A stretch of 64,000 nucleotides of DNA, taken from the NCBI GenBank assembly GCA_010093815.1, contig ML996573.1. One strand, written 5' to 3'. Position 1 is the stretch's first letter, and every line of letters starts with the position of its first letter. This document shows positions 1 through 13,084 of this stretch, in pieces. The notes under the pieces were generated by a model. It saw only the letters and a list, made by a program, of their open reading frames with translations. It was not told the origin of the DNA and searched no databases. The stretch comes from Pseudovirgaria hyperparasitica. Its lineage: Eukaryota. The position numbers and the translations under genes were made by a program.

Positions 1-1447
1 TTGAGAACTTTCAAATGGTACGCCAGCCGCAGACACGCCTCCACCTTGTCCAAAGACCCAAGCACCCGGCCCAGTATTGCAATGATTCATTCCCGAGATT
101 CGAAAGAAGCGGTAGAAAGAGTCAAGGTCACCGGACATGCCTATGTTCAGACGGTCCCACAAACGGTTTGAATTGAAGCTCGAAATTTGGTTGTCCTGCT
201 GGCCGTGGAATGTCAAGATCTTTCCACCACGTGCCTTGAATTCATGTAATTGCCTTGGGAAAGTGCGAATGTTTGACGGATTCCTAGACTCTGCTGCCTG
301 GATATCCCGAGGGGTCATTCGGCTACCGTTCCAAGAGGGGTCATACACGACATAGCGGTACCAGTCTAAGGAGTAAGGCCAGGGAGCTCCGTTGTAAAGG
401 CCTTCTGATGCCTTATCTTCGCTGCCAGGCTGCATTGCCGGATATAGTATCTCGCCATGAGCGCCTGTCATGGGTTTGAAGATACGGCGAACAGCTTCAA
501 CTTGAGCAGTGCCCAAGCAGGTCGTGGAGCCGGCATGGACTGCATCAGACCCACAAAGTAGTGCACCTGGATCGAAATTACAACGGGTAGGATCTTCGAT
601 GATACCATCCTTTGCACCATCAAGGGTGTCGCATTGCCGAAGGACTTCTTCGTGCACCAGACCTTTCCACAACGCCTGGTCAACATATCGAGCATCCCCA
701 GATCCTCCCGTCATAGGATAAAAACTACCTCTCCAAGATATCATATGATTGAAGTCGACAGCGGGTGAACCCGCAACAACTCCATCGTAGTCAGACGGAA
801 ACTTCATGGTAGCCTTGATACCTTGTCGGCCACCTAGGGAACATCCCAAGTAATAAGACTTGCTATGGTGTTTCTCATAGAAAACGTGCAAAATTTTCTT
901 ACCGAACCCGGTAATAGTGTGTAAAGAACGCCAGGCAAAATCAGTGACTATATCGTCGTTCTCGTCAAAGGAAACGCCGGTGGTCCCGTTATGACCGTTG
1001 TTGCTACCGACGGCGGCGAAACCGTTGGACGTCGCATAAGCCATATCTTCGTACCTGATACCTGCAGGAACAGTCAGGCAGCGGCACATAATATCGCCAA
1101 TGCGTCGACCTACATCCATCTATTCCTCCATTTCCAGTGGCGAGAAATCTACCAGACCAATTGCTAGGAAACCATGCTTCGAATATAATACTTGAACGAT
1201 GTGATGTGGGCAGACTCATCGCGATGCGACATATATCCTGTGGTATCAGTTGGCTCGGACGCTTACACGACTGATCATTGTCCGGAAACTGTAGGGTGGT
1301 CTTGGCTGGAATGAATGCGAGAGCCGTTACAGTTGAGTTTGAGTAGTATCGCCCGGGATCGAAGCGCAGACAGCGTGCTTCAAAGAGGGACAGAGTATAC
1401 ACCTTGCAAATTATGACAGTCCACAGTAACGATAAAGTAAGAATCAT
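1..1447 (-). CDS. Tannase/feruloyl esterase family secreted hydrolase (3' end runs off window)
   Basis: Signal-peptide-like start MILTLSLLW; EAWFPSNWSGRFLATGNGG; intron ~1061-1112 (GTAGGT..CTGAC..CAG); then DFAWRSLH, YYLGCSLGGRQG (nucleophile motif), CDTLDGAKDGII, FFRISGMNHCNTGPG. Confidence 0.9.
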
Positions 1448-1704
1448 GGTAATTGAATACGGTGTTGAAAATGAATCAAAATTTGTCGACCTTGCCAGCA
1501 TGTACTTGGGACGATGCTACACGATAAATCGACTCGAGGCGCGGAGATGTAGACAGCAGAATCGGCACTTGACCCGTTGACCATATAATTTTATTACCAG
1601 GCCCCCCTTGTTGAAGAGTATGCGAGATGTATTGGTGCTTACCAGCTCTGTAGTTTCACTAAGATGTTACTGGTAAGAGGGATGGATGGATAAGAGGGCC
1701 CACC

Positions 1705-2190
1705 AATCCGTATATACATAGTTACATGGGAAAGCTTGGCGCCCGATGTTCGCCCATGTCACCAACACACACGATCAAGTATAATTAATATTCTTATATA
1801 CTACTACTATACTACTCTTATATAGTATTTAAGAGATAGTATAACTAATATATAATACTATAGATCCTTAATATTCTCTCTATATCCTTCTAGAGCGCTT
1901 TTAAATATAGGGGTATATAGCTAGCTAGACCTAAGAGTATCTTTATATAACTTACTCTTTTTACTCTTTTTCTTTAGTTTTAGAGGTATTATAGATAGTA
2001 TAAAGTAATAAAAAGGGTATAGATATATAATTAGGATTATATAGAACTAATATATAGTAATTTTTATAGCTATATAGGTATTATATAGTAGTAATAGATA
2101 AAAATATTAATTATACTAAATCGTGTGTGTTAGTAACATGGGCGAACATCGGGCGCTAAGCTTTCCCATGTAACTATGGATATACGGATT
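1705..2190. mobile_element. MITE-like element / ~88-bp inverted repeat pair enclosing an AT-rich RIP-like core
   Basis: 1705-1792 (aatccgtatatacatagttacatgggaaagcttggcgcccgatgttcgcccatg...) is the near-exact reverse complement of ~2103-2190; differences mostly G>A/C>T; no TSD found. Confidence 0.6.
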
Positions 2191-2627
2191 ATAACCGAAC
2201 ATCAATTACTTATTTAAAACCTATTTCTTTGTACTATCTTTCCAAGTAGAGCTATATATATCTAAGTAGATATATAAGAACATCAAGGGTATAATATAAT
2301 TAAAAGTAGAATTGTTTTAATTTCTAAGAGTCGCGTGAAGCAGGGTATAGATGGATACATCTAGAGTATCAAAGTAGGCTCGATGCGGACGACAAATTAG
2401 GCATAGTTAAACGATTCAACTAACGTCCTACATACTCTAGAATCAAGACCATTGAATAAAGGGTACATCTGACACTGATATAAGGTCATCGTTTTTCCAG
2501 TCTTGACCCAGGTGTGAGGCATTATGCATCATCCTAGCTAGACCAGTTAACGCATTCAATTCCCACGCAACAGAGTATTGTCTACTATGCCTTCATCAGA
2601 ACCCCTACAGGCTAGATATATGAAAAC

Positions 2628-3752
2628 TCAAGCCTTCATAGGACTCAGAAAGAAGTGGTCATTCACCGTGTCGAGTACTTCCAATTGCATCCCAACTTCA
2701 ACCCTACCCTCATTTCTCGGACAACACAACATGCCAAATGCCGGCTTGTGCTTATTGCCCCCATCAATATTTCTATACTTGATGAGCGTATTCCACGGCT
2801 GTTCCTTGTTCTTCTGAGCCGTATTCGGGTCGACATTTGGGACCTGGCATCGCAGGCATCGAGAGGGGACGTCCAATATGAACGATCGTCCAGTGGCGGC
2901 TGGATCTACCTCCCTGGACTTCGCGTCTGTTTCCGTATGAGCCTTGCTGTATATACGGAGCATCTTCCATGTGTCCTCTTCCCATGGTATATTCCCTTGA
3001 AGGATGATGTTGGGTCTGAATCGCTCAATAGTCCAGTCATCACCAATGTTTCCGGTGACTTTAAGCCGTGAATGTAATTCAGACCAGCTAGCTAGAGTGG
3101 TCACAAGAATGGGCATCATATCGGCAAACCCGAGACTTTGTTGTCGCCCGAGAAACTGAGGAGCTCCGTTTCCACGAAGGAACCGAGGTGCTGTGTGCGT
3201 CCCTTTGTAGGCCAATCTCACATCTTTGCCCAAAAATAACGAGATCTCCTCTGTAAGCTTCTCGGAGAACATGCGGGTCTCAGTACTCCTGCCCCAGATC
3301 TCGGCTTCGACGCGCTCTGTATTCCTTCGAAGCCACTCCTCTGTCGGGTATGCTGGCACTGCAATGCGGATAGCGGGGTCGTCCACAGTAAGTACGAGTT
3401 CATCTGTTTTATCGTCTAACGAAGTGTTAATTAAGGTCATCTTGCTATCGCCCCTAATGGTAATGAACTTGTATTTGCTCTGTTTCATATCCCAAGACAC
3501 GAACATCCACTGTCGATCAAGCTCGAGACCGGACTGGAGAAGGTTCGTTGATTTGACTGAGAACCCACGGCATGACTTAACGGGATACACACGAAGATCC
3601 ACAATGGTTGTTGGGCGTATATTAGGTCGCTGAACAGGAATAGGTCGATACGTAGACTTCGAAGTCGTCAAGGCGCGGCGCAAATAAATGATAGAGAGTA
3701 CAAAAATCAATAAGGCTGCCACAAGAAGCTGGAGAGATATCTCTACGTCCAT
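2628..3752 (-). CDS. MOSC domain protein (mARC-like) with N-terminal membrane anchor
   Basis: VYPVKSCRG, DRQWM, FAD, ERFRPNI, RCLRCQVPNVDP motifs; first plausible ATG at 3752 (MDVEISLQLLVAALLIF). Confidence 0.9.
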   Translation of the reverse strand: MDVEISLQLLVAALLIFVLSIIYLRRALTTSKSTYRPIPVQRPNIRPTTIVDLRVYPVKSCRGFSVKSTNLLQSGLELDRQWMFVSWDMKQSKYKFITIRGDSKMTLINTSLDDKTDELVLTVDDPAIRIAVPAYPTEEWLRRNTERVEAEIWGRSTETRMFSEKLTEEISLFLGKDVRLAYKGTHTAPRFLRGNGAPQFLGRQQSLGFADMMPILVTTLASWSELHSRLKVTGNIGDDWTIERFRPNIILQGNIPWEEDTWKMLRIYSKAHTETDAKSREVDPAATGRSFILDVPSRCLRCQVPNVDPNTAQKNKEQPWNTLIKYRNIDGGNKHKPAFGMLCCPRNEGRVEVGMQLEVLDTVNDHFFLSPMKA

Positions 3753-4325
3753 CTTGAGTTGTATGCTGCTTGAGGCAGCCAGTTCTGAACGCCTACGGGC
3801 TTTGGTGTGCAACAAATGCAAGCTAATTCGAACAGTATGCGACGTCTAGTATGAGGCCCTAGAGTATATCGATGAAGACTACGAGGTTTGGCAAAGAGTT
3901 GGTGGAGTGCAACGATTTGAAGCGGTAGTCGAGATTTATAAGGTTGGCATCCCGGCTGGAGAGTAGTCTTGGAGCCAATGATATCATATTAAATTGATAT
4001 TAGTTGCGAAAGTGGGCCTAACCCTACTAGTGCTCGGTCTGCCATATCCGCGGCTATAGCACACAGCACACCATGCCCTAAATATACACATTAGAGTAAC
4101 ACTTTAGTTCCAGTGTGCAACGATATTTGCAAATAGGTATGCCTACCATATGTTGTTTGATAGCAGACAGTCAGTACTGCTTTCTGGCCATGGCCATAAC
4201 ACGAAACGTACAATCAGTTTTATGTAGAATTCAACCTCGAGGTCGACACCCATCCTGACCAAACGCCTCAGCTATACCAGAAGAAATGCTATAGCTTCGT
4301 CAATCGCCTCCGGAGATGCGACATA

Positions 4326-6153
4326 CTACTGCGCATGTCTCATGAATCTACCCAGAGATGGTGGGGTTTCGTCCATTTGTCCTTCAGCTCTTTGTCGCTG
4401 CTCACGGGCCCTAAGCTCAGATATCATGGCTCGTTCGTCTGCCTCGAAGGAGTTTTCCTGTTCTTCCTGCCATCTCGAAAGTACCCGGGATCTTTGAGTC
4501 CCGACCGTCTCAGGACGTGTATGTGGTCCTTGAGGTCTTATGGCTGGCGCAGGGCGACGATGGTAGCGGCGTGTTCGCTCGCGGGGTGGAGTCCAGCGGA
4601 AATTCGGAATATCTACCGGAGGTGACGAGCTATTGAAGGAGCGACTCGGTGGAGAAGACTTATAAGCGCGGCCAGCCTGGCCTGAATTGAAGTGTGACTC
4701 GCTCTGCAGAGAGCCACACCTTTGGCGTCCGTGAGGTCGTCTGGGCTCACTGCCTTTGGATTAGATATATGCTGCCGTGAACCAACTATTGGGAGAAAGT
4801 CTTACTTTGCGCCCAGCCTTATAGCAGCTGGCCCTTTGCGACTAGGACACTCATATCGGGTGTTCTGGCCGTTAATGAGATGCCTATCCTGCTCGTGAAA
4901 ATCATGAATGAAACCTGTGATCGAGTTGACGTCATTCATCTGGGCTCCTACAGGACTATACTCTCGGGAAGTCGAAGCCATTCGTGGGTTCTCAGTGAGC
5001 GACATGTTGGCTATGGCCAATGTCGGAGAGGACTGTCCGAGCAGCGGGTGAGGACTGCTGCCAAATTGAGATGCAGCGGCATCACTTGGTGGACTGTAAG
5101 TAACATGACACGCTGTTCCAGAAAACTCTGTCGCGGATGCGCTTCTTCCTACGTGTGCACGGGCAAGTCCAGAGCGAGGTGGGCGACGTCGAGGTAGACT
5201 GTTGAATGGTGATGATCCGAAAGTAGACTCCAATAAAGATGGTGCTCTAGACATTGCTAAGCTCGCTCTTTGCTCTACCATGTCCAGTGGCGACAACATG
5301 TTGTATATTGCAGCCTCCATAGCAGACTCTGGCACGGGTATGGGCCCCAAGATTTGTACAGGGTAAGTTTCATCCGAGTAGCTCGCAGTTGTCACAATGT
5401 TGGTCGAGAGCTTTTCGTCTTCACAAGTGAGTGCTCCGGGACGAGGCAGAGAGGAGCGAATGAAGGGCAATTCCGGAAAATCGTGCAATGACACCGAAGC
5501 ATTAGACAGACTAGAGCGTTTCCATTTGGCACACGAAGTAGACTGTCGCAAGTTTTGTTAATCAAAGACTGAAGGCACAGGAAAATTATAGGACCTCCAG
5601 TCGCACTGACCTGCGCAGCCGCAAGGCCATTTTGGTCGTCATAATCAGAGTCAGGCGTGTGGTTGTCACAAGTACCGTTATATTCTTTTGGTCCGATCCC
5701 AGTCTCTTGTGATGCACCAACACCACGCCCGGAAAAGCCCGACTCGACCGCCTCGGTGAGATCACAGATCTTTTTGATAGCTGGGATTCCTCTCTTGGTT
5801 CCGGCACTCGATGAAAGTAGAGTAGGAGACGAAGCATGATGTATCGGTGAGCAAGTACTTAAGTCGACTTGTGCCAGGCGTGCTGTCAACGCGCTAGAGT
5901 CATCAGAGAACTCTGCAGACGAAGGGGTAGCGTACTGCCATCGCAACTCGGAAAGATTTGCTGTTGTGATGGCGTCGTTTCGGGAGCGCTGCGGTCCTTG
6001 TCTGGATTTTGGACCACTGGTCTGTGCTGGTCGACGAGGCGGCACTTTATCGACCTTATTCGTATCAACAGCACGCCTTTTGCTTGCACGACTGAGAGCC
6101 TGCTCTATATCTGCTGCAGTCAAGGCGATCTCAGAGGGCTTGGTCCTGATCAT
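4326..6153 (-). CDS. Hypothetical Ser/Pro-rich multi-exon protein
   Basis: Starts MIRTKPSEIALTAADI (weakly CDC26-like N-terminus); ORFs 5392-6285 and 4802-5551; donor GTAAGA at ~4805; last exon ends WQEEQEN...ETPPSLGRFMRHAQ* at 4326; internal exon borders approximate. Confidence 0.6.
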
Positions 6154-7357
6154 GTCGAATAGCGAATGAAAGCGACGCAGGGTATATCCAAAACAACACC
6201 GAATAAGAAAAGCAAACGTAGTGGCAAGTCGAGAGTCGAGAGAAGAGTAAGACAACAGGAGTGTATGTGAATACAGATATCTCACTGTTGCAAGCGCTGG
6301 CCATCGAAGCTTCCTGCTGCGAGCATTGTGGCTCCTGAATCAAGCCTAACAGCCTACAACGTACCTATATCTCTGAGATGTCTGGAGATCCGGGTGGTTC
6401 TTCCTGTGAAGCTGGAATAGGAAATTTGGACGACATGCCGCATGTTTCGAAAATGAAACTGCTGATATGGTTGAGTAGGCTGCACTACAGCCATATGGGA
6501 CCCTGATGCCATGAACGAAGGTTCCAGCGTTAATTAGTCTGTCTTAGTAACTTTAAGTCGAGAAGGGTGTAGGGTGGTGGTGGTGGTTCACGGTAATTAC
6601 CTACTTATTACAATACCTACAGTATAAAAAACGTACAGTATTTAGTGGTGGCATTTGCCGGGGGTGTGGCGCAGTACCGACTCGCCCAGCAGCAGGCACC
6701 AACACCAACAACACTAATTACCACTGCACCACCTAAAGCACCATCAGGGCTGCTTGACCTCCCCCCCTGCGCATCCGCCCGCCCGCCGAGCCAGGTAGAA
6801 TACTGCCCAAACAGCAGCCCCAAGAGCCCCAACAGCCCCCAGAGTAGCCTAAATCTAGGTAGGTTAGGTACCTTGTCAGTCTCAGGCAGCTTAGTCCTAT
6901 CCCCCAAATTACAGCCCTTCAGCCACCTGCACCACCACAACACACAACTTTGAGATAATAATTGATACCCTTAGAAATAAGGCACCACTTGCTGTCTGTC
7001 TATCGTGACCTGCCCATCGACCTACTACCTCCCCAGTCGCCTTTTCCATCCCTTTCACTCTTGTCACACTCCATAACCCTCGGTGGCAGGCCTGCTTATT
7101 GTCCAGTTCGATATAAACGTCGTCTTCGTTGGCTACCTCACCTCTCTTGCAATATCACCAGTGCTTTCCAGCCTTCAGTCTCCAGTCTTCAGTTCCCCAA
7201 CTCCCCCTACTCCGGCTACATCCACGCCTCGCGACTTCTATACCATCCTCCCACGCTGTCCCATGCACCACCTGCATCGTGTCCAACTGTATACAATTGT
7301 GACAGAGAGTCTCCTCCGACTTCTGAGACTGCCTCACTAGCTGAGTGAATTTTCGCC

Positions 7358-10033
7358 ATGAATGGTGATCTCAGTCTTTCCCAGTCTCTGGGCGGCCTGC
7401 GCATTGCGAATCCCGATCACGACACATCGTCTCCCTCACCACCACCAGCACCACCACCAGCACCACCACCAGCCACTCCTGCTATGCACTCTCCGTCCTC
7501 TCACGCAAATCCACAGACCTTGGACTCTTCCACAAGGTCAGTAATTGATCAACGCAGGTCACAGGGTGTACTACCGTCCCTGGACTCCGACGATACCTCC
7601 GCGCTCGGCTCTCTAGGCTTCAATCCGGAATCCTTCGTACCATCGACTTCCGATTCATACCCTTTATCCCAATCGTCTAGCCCTGAGCAATCAATGGCAG
7701 ACTCACGATTATCACACCGGCAATCATTGCCTCTCGCCCACCAAGCTGCAACACAAGCACTCTATGGCGCTTCCTCAACCTCGACCCGCTACCACCCATC
7801 CTCCAATCCAGCCTCTCGTCCAATGTCCAGCATCTACAACCATCCGAACATTTCCACAGGTTCAGGCATCAACTCTGGTGGTACCTACAGATATAGAGAC
7901 GATTCAATTGGTCAGACCTCTGCAGTTGGAGTCAACCGGAGCAGCTCAAGAGCGGCTGCAGTTGCACTGCAGGCTGGTATGCCGACCCGGGTGACAAGTC
8001 AAAGCTACAGGGCACCGCAATCGAACTCTATTGCTAGCGGAGCAGTTCCTCCACGAAGACCATCGAGACGGGTCCCGGAAGGTCAGCTGCCACTATCAGG
8101 TTCATCCTACGGCCTCGAGGGTGGGACTATCTCGAGCACCGAGGACTGGAAAGATAGGGGGGCTGCAATCAGAGTACAACAAGATGTTGACGCAAATGGC
8201 AAGCCGATCTCAAGAGTAGTGAAAAAGGGCATCCAAGATTTCCAACTCGGTAGAACGTTAGGAGAGGGCTCATACAGCACAGTGTTTGCTGCAACAGATC
8301 GATCTTCTGGGCGAGAATTTGCTATCAAGGTTCTAGACAAGCGACATATCATAAAAGAGAAAAAAGTGAAATATGTTAATATCGAGAGGGACACCTTGAA
8401 TCGACTGACAGAGCACCCTGGTGTCGTTCGACTCTACTTCACATTTCAAGATGAACGATCGCTTTACTTTGTACTCGGCATGGCAAATGGTGGCGAACTA
8501 CTTGGATTTCTGAAGAAGACCGGAACGTTTAATGAAGAGTGTACAAGGTTTTATGGTGCGCAAATTTTGGATACGATCGATTATATACACACAAGAGGCG
8601 TCATACATCGAGATTTGAAGCCGGAGAATGTCCTCCTGGACGAGCAAATGCACGTCAAGATCACAGATTTTGGTACTGCGAAACTTCTTGATATGAAGAA
8701 ACCCTATGGAGGCACTGGGGTGACCTCTGGCGATCCCCTAGATGGCGCGGATATCGATCGAGCGGTGTCCTTTGTTGGAACGGCGGAATATGTAAGCCCT
8801 GAGCTACTGACGGAGAAGAATGCTTGCAAGGCTAGCGACTTGTGGGCGTTTGGGTGCATGATATATCAGCTATTGACGGGTCGGCCGCCATTCAAGGCAG
8901 CGAACGAATATTTGACTTTCCAAAAAATAGTAGGCCTGGATTACACGTTCCCGGAGGGATTCCCTCCGTTAGCGCGCGACCTGGTAGAAAGACTTCTCGT
9001 CCTTGATCCGGCTCGAAGGTTACCCATTGAGCACATCAAGAACCACCAATTCTTCGATGGCATCAACTGGGGTATCGGTCTTTGGAAGGAACGCGCTCCT
9101 CAACTCAAGCCATATAACCCATCTGCACCAGACGTCTTCCAAACCCAATCTGGTATTATCTCTGGTGGCCTATTCTCTCGAGCTTCAGCTGTACAGCCTC
9201 ATGCTACAGCAGGCCCTTCCACGATCAGCCCAGCCGTCAGTAGTGCTCCTTTACGACCCCACGCCCCAGCAAGACTGATCACAGAACTGCCACCGCCGAG
9301 TCAGTTGGACATCGAATGGTCGCCAGTACTCACCAAAACGAATGAAAGGATTTTGAAGCTTGGAAATCTCACTGTAACATCAAGTGCTGGACCTCATTCT
9401 CCAACTGGAAAGACAGCCGAATCCGAAACGCCGAAAAAGTTCTCTAGATTCTTTGGGGGCAGCTCACAAAAGAAAAGACAAAGACTGGTCATGGTGACAT
9501 CTAGTGCAAGAGTCGTTCTGGTCCCAGCTGGCGGAGAGGAAAAGAAAATGAAGCAGGAGGTCTCACTCTTGACACCGGGTACCACTTACAAAAAATACCA
9601 AGATGCTCGAGGTTTGACCTGTTGGTGTGTTGAAACAGTAAGTCCAATTAAATCATGTTTTCAGCAGATGTATGCGGGATTAACGTTCGTTCAGCGTGAC
9701 AAACACATCGTTTTTGAAGATCCTAAAGCCACTACAAGCGATCCCGACGGCAGTGCATTCTCGTGCCAGGAATGGATGGATGTCATAGAACGAGCCAAGG
9801 AATTCGCAATGCAACAACATAATGCCAACTCTTATTCTGTGGAATCGTTCAACGATATGGGCTCAGTAATTTCCAGTCCGTCTGGCAGTTTAGGAGCGGA
9901 TGCCGCTCTGGAAGGCGTAGATGTCCCCCGAAATCGATATCTTTTGAAGGATCACGGAGACAACGATTCTGTCAAGAAGAAGAACCGTTTCAGCAAACGA
10001 GTCTCTAAGAATGGACTAGCAGCTGTCTTCTGA
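7358..10033 (+). CDS. ksg1: PDK1-family Ser/Thr protein kinase (Ksg1/Pkh1-like) with C-terminal PH-like domain
   Basis: GEGSYSTV, AIKVLDKRHIIKEKKVKYV, HRDLKPEN, DFGTAK, SFVGTAEYVSPE; probable intron 9638-9694. Confidence 0.93.
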   Translation: MNGDLSLSQSLGGLRIANPDHDTSSPSPPPAPPPAPPPATPAMHSPSSHANPQTLDSSTRSVIDQRRSQGVLPSLDSDDTSALGSLGFNPESFVPSTSDSYPLSQSSSPEQSMADSRLSHRQSLPLAHQAATQALYGASSTSTRYHPSSNPASRPMSSIYNHPNISTGSGINSGGTYRYRDDSIGQTSAVGVNRSSSRAAAVALQAGMPTRVTSQSYRAPQSNSIASGAVPPRRPSRRVPEGQLPLSGSSYGLEGGTISSTEDWKDRGAAIRVQQDVDANGKPISRVVKKGIQDFQLGRTLGEGSYSTVFAATDRSSGREFAIKVLDKRHIIKEKKVKYVNIERDTLNRLTEHPGVVRLYFTFQDERSLYFVLGMANGGELLGFLKKTGTFNEECTRFYGAQILDTIDYIHTRGVIHRDLKPENVLLDEQMHVKITDFGTAKLLDMKKPYGGTGVTSGDPLDGADIDRAVSFVGTAEYVSPELLTEKNACKASDLWAFGCMIYQLLTGRPPFKAANEYLTFQKIVGLDYTFPEGFPPLARDLVERLLVLDPARRLPIEHIKNHQFFDGINWGIGLWKERAPQLKPYNPSAPDVFQTQSGIISGGLFSRASAVQPHATAGPSTISPAVSSAPLRPHAPARLITELPPPSQLDIEWSPVLTKTNERILKLGNLTVTSSAGPHSPTGKTAESETPKKFSRFFGGSSQKKRQRLVMVTSSARVVLVPAGGEEKKMKQEVSLLTPGTTYKKYQDARGLTCWCVETVSPIKSCFQQMYAGLTFVQRDKHIVFEDPKATTSDPDGSAFSCQEWMDVIERAKEFAMQQHNANSYSVESFNDMGSVISSPSGSLGADAALEGVDVPRNRYLLKDHGDNDSVKKKNRFSKRVSKNGLAAVF

Positions 10034-10816
10034 CAGGCATACCTCTCCCGGCACCCTCAATGACTTTTTTGCGTTTTCTTTTCGCACACATACCCTCCTT
10101 AAACTGTTTCCACTTTGCATGGACTCGCCAAATAGCATTTGCACACACACCTCATCGGTGATAGCGACTGGCGTTTCGGCGTTCTTATTAAATTCCAGCC
10201 TAGCTTCTCACCCCATTCATCACGACCTGTTCGATTTTCCCCTACTACTACTCGAAGACATAAATGCCGTGTGCGGTGTGGTAGTCATCATGCTGTAGCC
10301 GTATTTGTGTACAGCTGTTGCAGATTGAAAAAATCTGCTGTAATAGTATCGGTCATTGCATGCACCACACGCCCCATTCTCTGTTTCATTTCGTCTATTT
10401 GAAATGAAACAAGTAGCATCACATCCCTCATCCATTATAAACGACAATCTGTCTACTTTCGGTGCTCAAACGGTTTCATCTACCTTTTAAATCAATTTGC
10501 GCCTTTTGGATGCGGCATTACACCTGGGTCAGAGTCAATCCTTCTCGCTGGGCGACTGTTCACCATTGGGGTCATATATATCAGCACAAGCTACGATATT
10601 GTAGAGCACATATTTTGATGTAGGCTTCCAAGCCTGCTTGCTATTAGAAAATAAGACCGGATCGATATCTTGACACAAAGCCAACCATGTGCGTCTTGCG
10701 AGTGTCAAGTATCGGGATCGTACGCCTTTTCAACTAGCATCCACACAAATTTTCCAGAGTAGCCTTGTGCCTTTCTACCCAGAGTACAATCCTGATGTAG
10801 ACTGAACCTGGCCTCC

Positions 10817-12565
10817 TCAATGCGTCGTCTTCGGTCGCGCCAACCACAGTCCCACACTCTCCCTTGCCTTCTCACCACCCCAAATACCCTCAACCCCTCC
10901 TCTCCGCCACTCTTCGCCCTCACCACTTTCCCCTCCGCCCCTCGTCGCCTCGCCCATGATGACCTCCAGATCTCGCGTCTGGCTGCTTGTCCAGCGCTTC
11001 ACAAACCCAACTGGATCGCGGCTCATGCTAGTGAAGAAAGCATGTTTCGCCTTGGCATGGCCAATGGCCTGCACTGTACTCGCAATGTGCTCATCGTGCG
11101 CTTGGATGACGCGCAGGGTGGATGCGACCAGCGGTGAGCGGATCGTGCTGTTGATGGTCTCGCGGAAGGGGTCTGGGACTGGTACAAGGATGTCATAAAT
11201 GGTAGGTGAGGAGGCTGTCGGTGTCGCGCATGAGCCTGGGGACGTCGAGGAAGCGGAGATGTAGGCTTGGTCAACACGGATGGTATATGGAAGTTGTAGA
11301 GCCGGGACGGGGGAGAGATGATGAGTTATGTATTGTGGAAGGTGGGGAAAGAATATGGATTCAGTGCTGAAAACCTGGAAAATGTTAATATTGGGAGTGT
11401 GACGGCGCGCATGGAGACGCGAGGTCAACATACTGCTTTCAGACGAGCATCGCATTGCACACGTCGCGTGTCTTCGTCTTCTTGGAGGTTTTGCGCTTTG
11501 ATGTAGTTCCAGATGCCCATCATGACATTAGCGCGTTCGTCTTCCTCGGTGTCGAGTAATTCCGCAAGCGGTTTGCTGAGTCGAAAGCGCTCTGGTTGAT
11601 CATCACGCACGAGATTGACCGTGACATTGATGTTCTCGTCGCTCTTTCGCTCAAATTCGAGGCTGTCGAAGTTGGCCTCTTGCGAAGCGGGATCGGTGGG
11701 TCTTTTCCATTCTATTTGCGTAAAGCCGTCCGGTTGGAGATGTTTCGAGCGATCGAAGTCGATAATGATTGACTTGAAAAAGTGCGAGAGTTTCGTGCGT
11801 TGAGAAGTCGAGGCTGGTTTCGTAGCCGTTCTTTTGGTCGTATTGTCGCCGTCTTGATCAACTGCATCTTGGTCTTCGTCTGCCTCTCCGTTAGTTCCCT
11901 TGTCCCATTCTTTCCCTGGTAGTCCATCATCATCGTCGTCTAACAGTCGCCCTTCTATTCTGACTTTATACGTGGCGTTGTTTTCGCTAGTGAAATCGAA
12001 TACATCAGTCTCCATGCTTCCTTGCTGCCATGGCTGGTTTTCCGCGGTGTTTGAGATCCATATGCGCATAGTACGATATCTAGTCATACTGCGGTTCATA
12101 GAATCCGTGATATCAAGCCGCTTGCGCATCATGACAGAGTCTAGCCTCTTTTCCACGTCCCGCAGCTTGCGATATTCCTGCACACTGTCGCCGATCATAA
12201 TATCCTCAACGCCATCTGGTAAGTTCTTGTCTGTCGGCTTCCGCGCAATACGTTTCCCCAATTCGCGTCGGTGCGCGTCGGCGGCTTGTTGCATCTGCAA
12301 CTGCTGCTGCGCTGCTGCGTTCACAGTATGCGGTGGAGGGACGCCAGTAAGAGGACCTGCATTGCGGAATGTACGCATCAAGTCAGCCTTAGTGATCATC
12401 GAAGAGTTCACGGTATATGTGGCAGCTTCAGTTGAAGGTAGAATGTGTCGTGTGATTAGTGAGTACGTCAGGAAGGGTATACGTACCAGGCCCTCGCCGA
12501 TTAGCAGAGCCATGCGGCGAGCGAGTTGTCGCCTGCGGGTAATTTCGGTACTGGGTAGTTTGCAT
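10817..12565 (-). CDS. ssr3: SWI/SNF and RSC complex subunit Ssr3 (Snf12/Rsc6/BAF60, SWIB domain)
   Basis: MQTTQYRNYPQ..RSPH..RRGPG exon 1; introns ~12357-12487 and ~11375-11433; ARKPTDKNLP, EKRLDSVMMRKRLD, SWIB IWNYIKAQNLQ, KAKHAFFTSMSRDPVGFVKRW. Confidence 0.9.
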
Positions 12566-13084
12566 TATGACTCTTCAATGATTGCTGAGACCCCTTTGAA
12601 GCAACACGATGATGTGAAAGCAGAAGTTTGCCTGACAATGACCGGACCCGTTGATGGAGCTGATGGAGAGACGCGTTTAGCTACTTGTGGTGCACGTTGA
12701 AGTCAAAATTGGGGCGTGAAACGCCCCCCTTTTTACTGCGGGGCCGGGGTGGGGGGCCACATCGACAACCTTTATCATCACATGTCCTCCGTCTATTACC
12801 CTCTTCGTGCTTGTCGTTCAGGAAACTCCTCCGCTTCTTGATCGAAGAAGACTGCTGGGTTTGACTTTCTTATCGCGCTGTTCACTCATATTAGTTGGTG
12901 TTGCACTCGAATTTGCTTTAGCCTGGGCTGCTATTCTTCATTCCACACTCAGTGGTTGCATCGACCCATAATCATAATGTACGATCGCACTTGAGGCCAC
13001 CATGCAGATCTGAAATACACCTCACTTGTTATCATTTTCGCCTATATTCCAATCCTCTCACACCATACTTTACTTCTTGTCATA

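Noticed and set aside
6100..6153. Assigning CDC26 to the gene starting at 6153
   Set aside because: Only a weak N-terminal resemblance; not enough for a gene symbol
11900..12700. 266-aa plus-strand ORF and other short ORFs overlapping real genes
   Set aside because: Antisense or alternate-frame shadows of identified CDSs with no recognisable motifs
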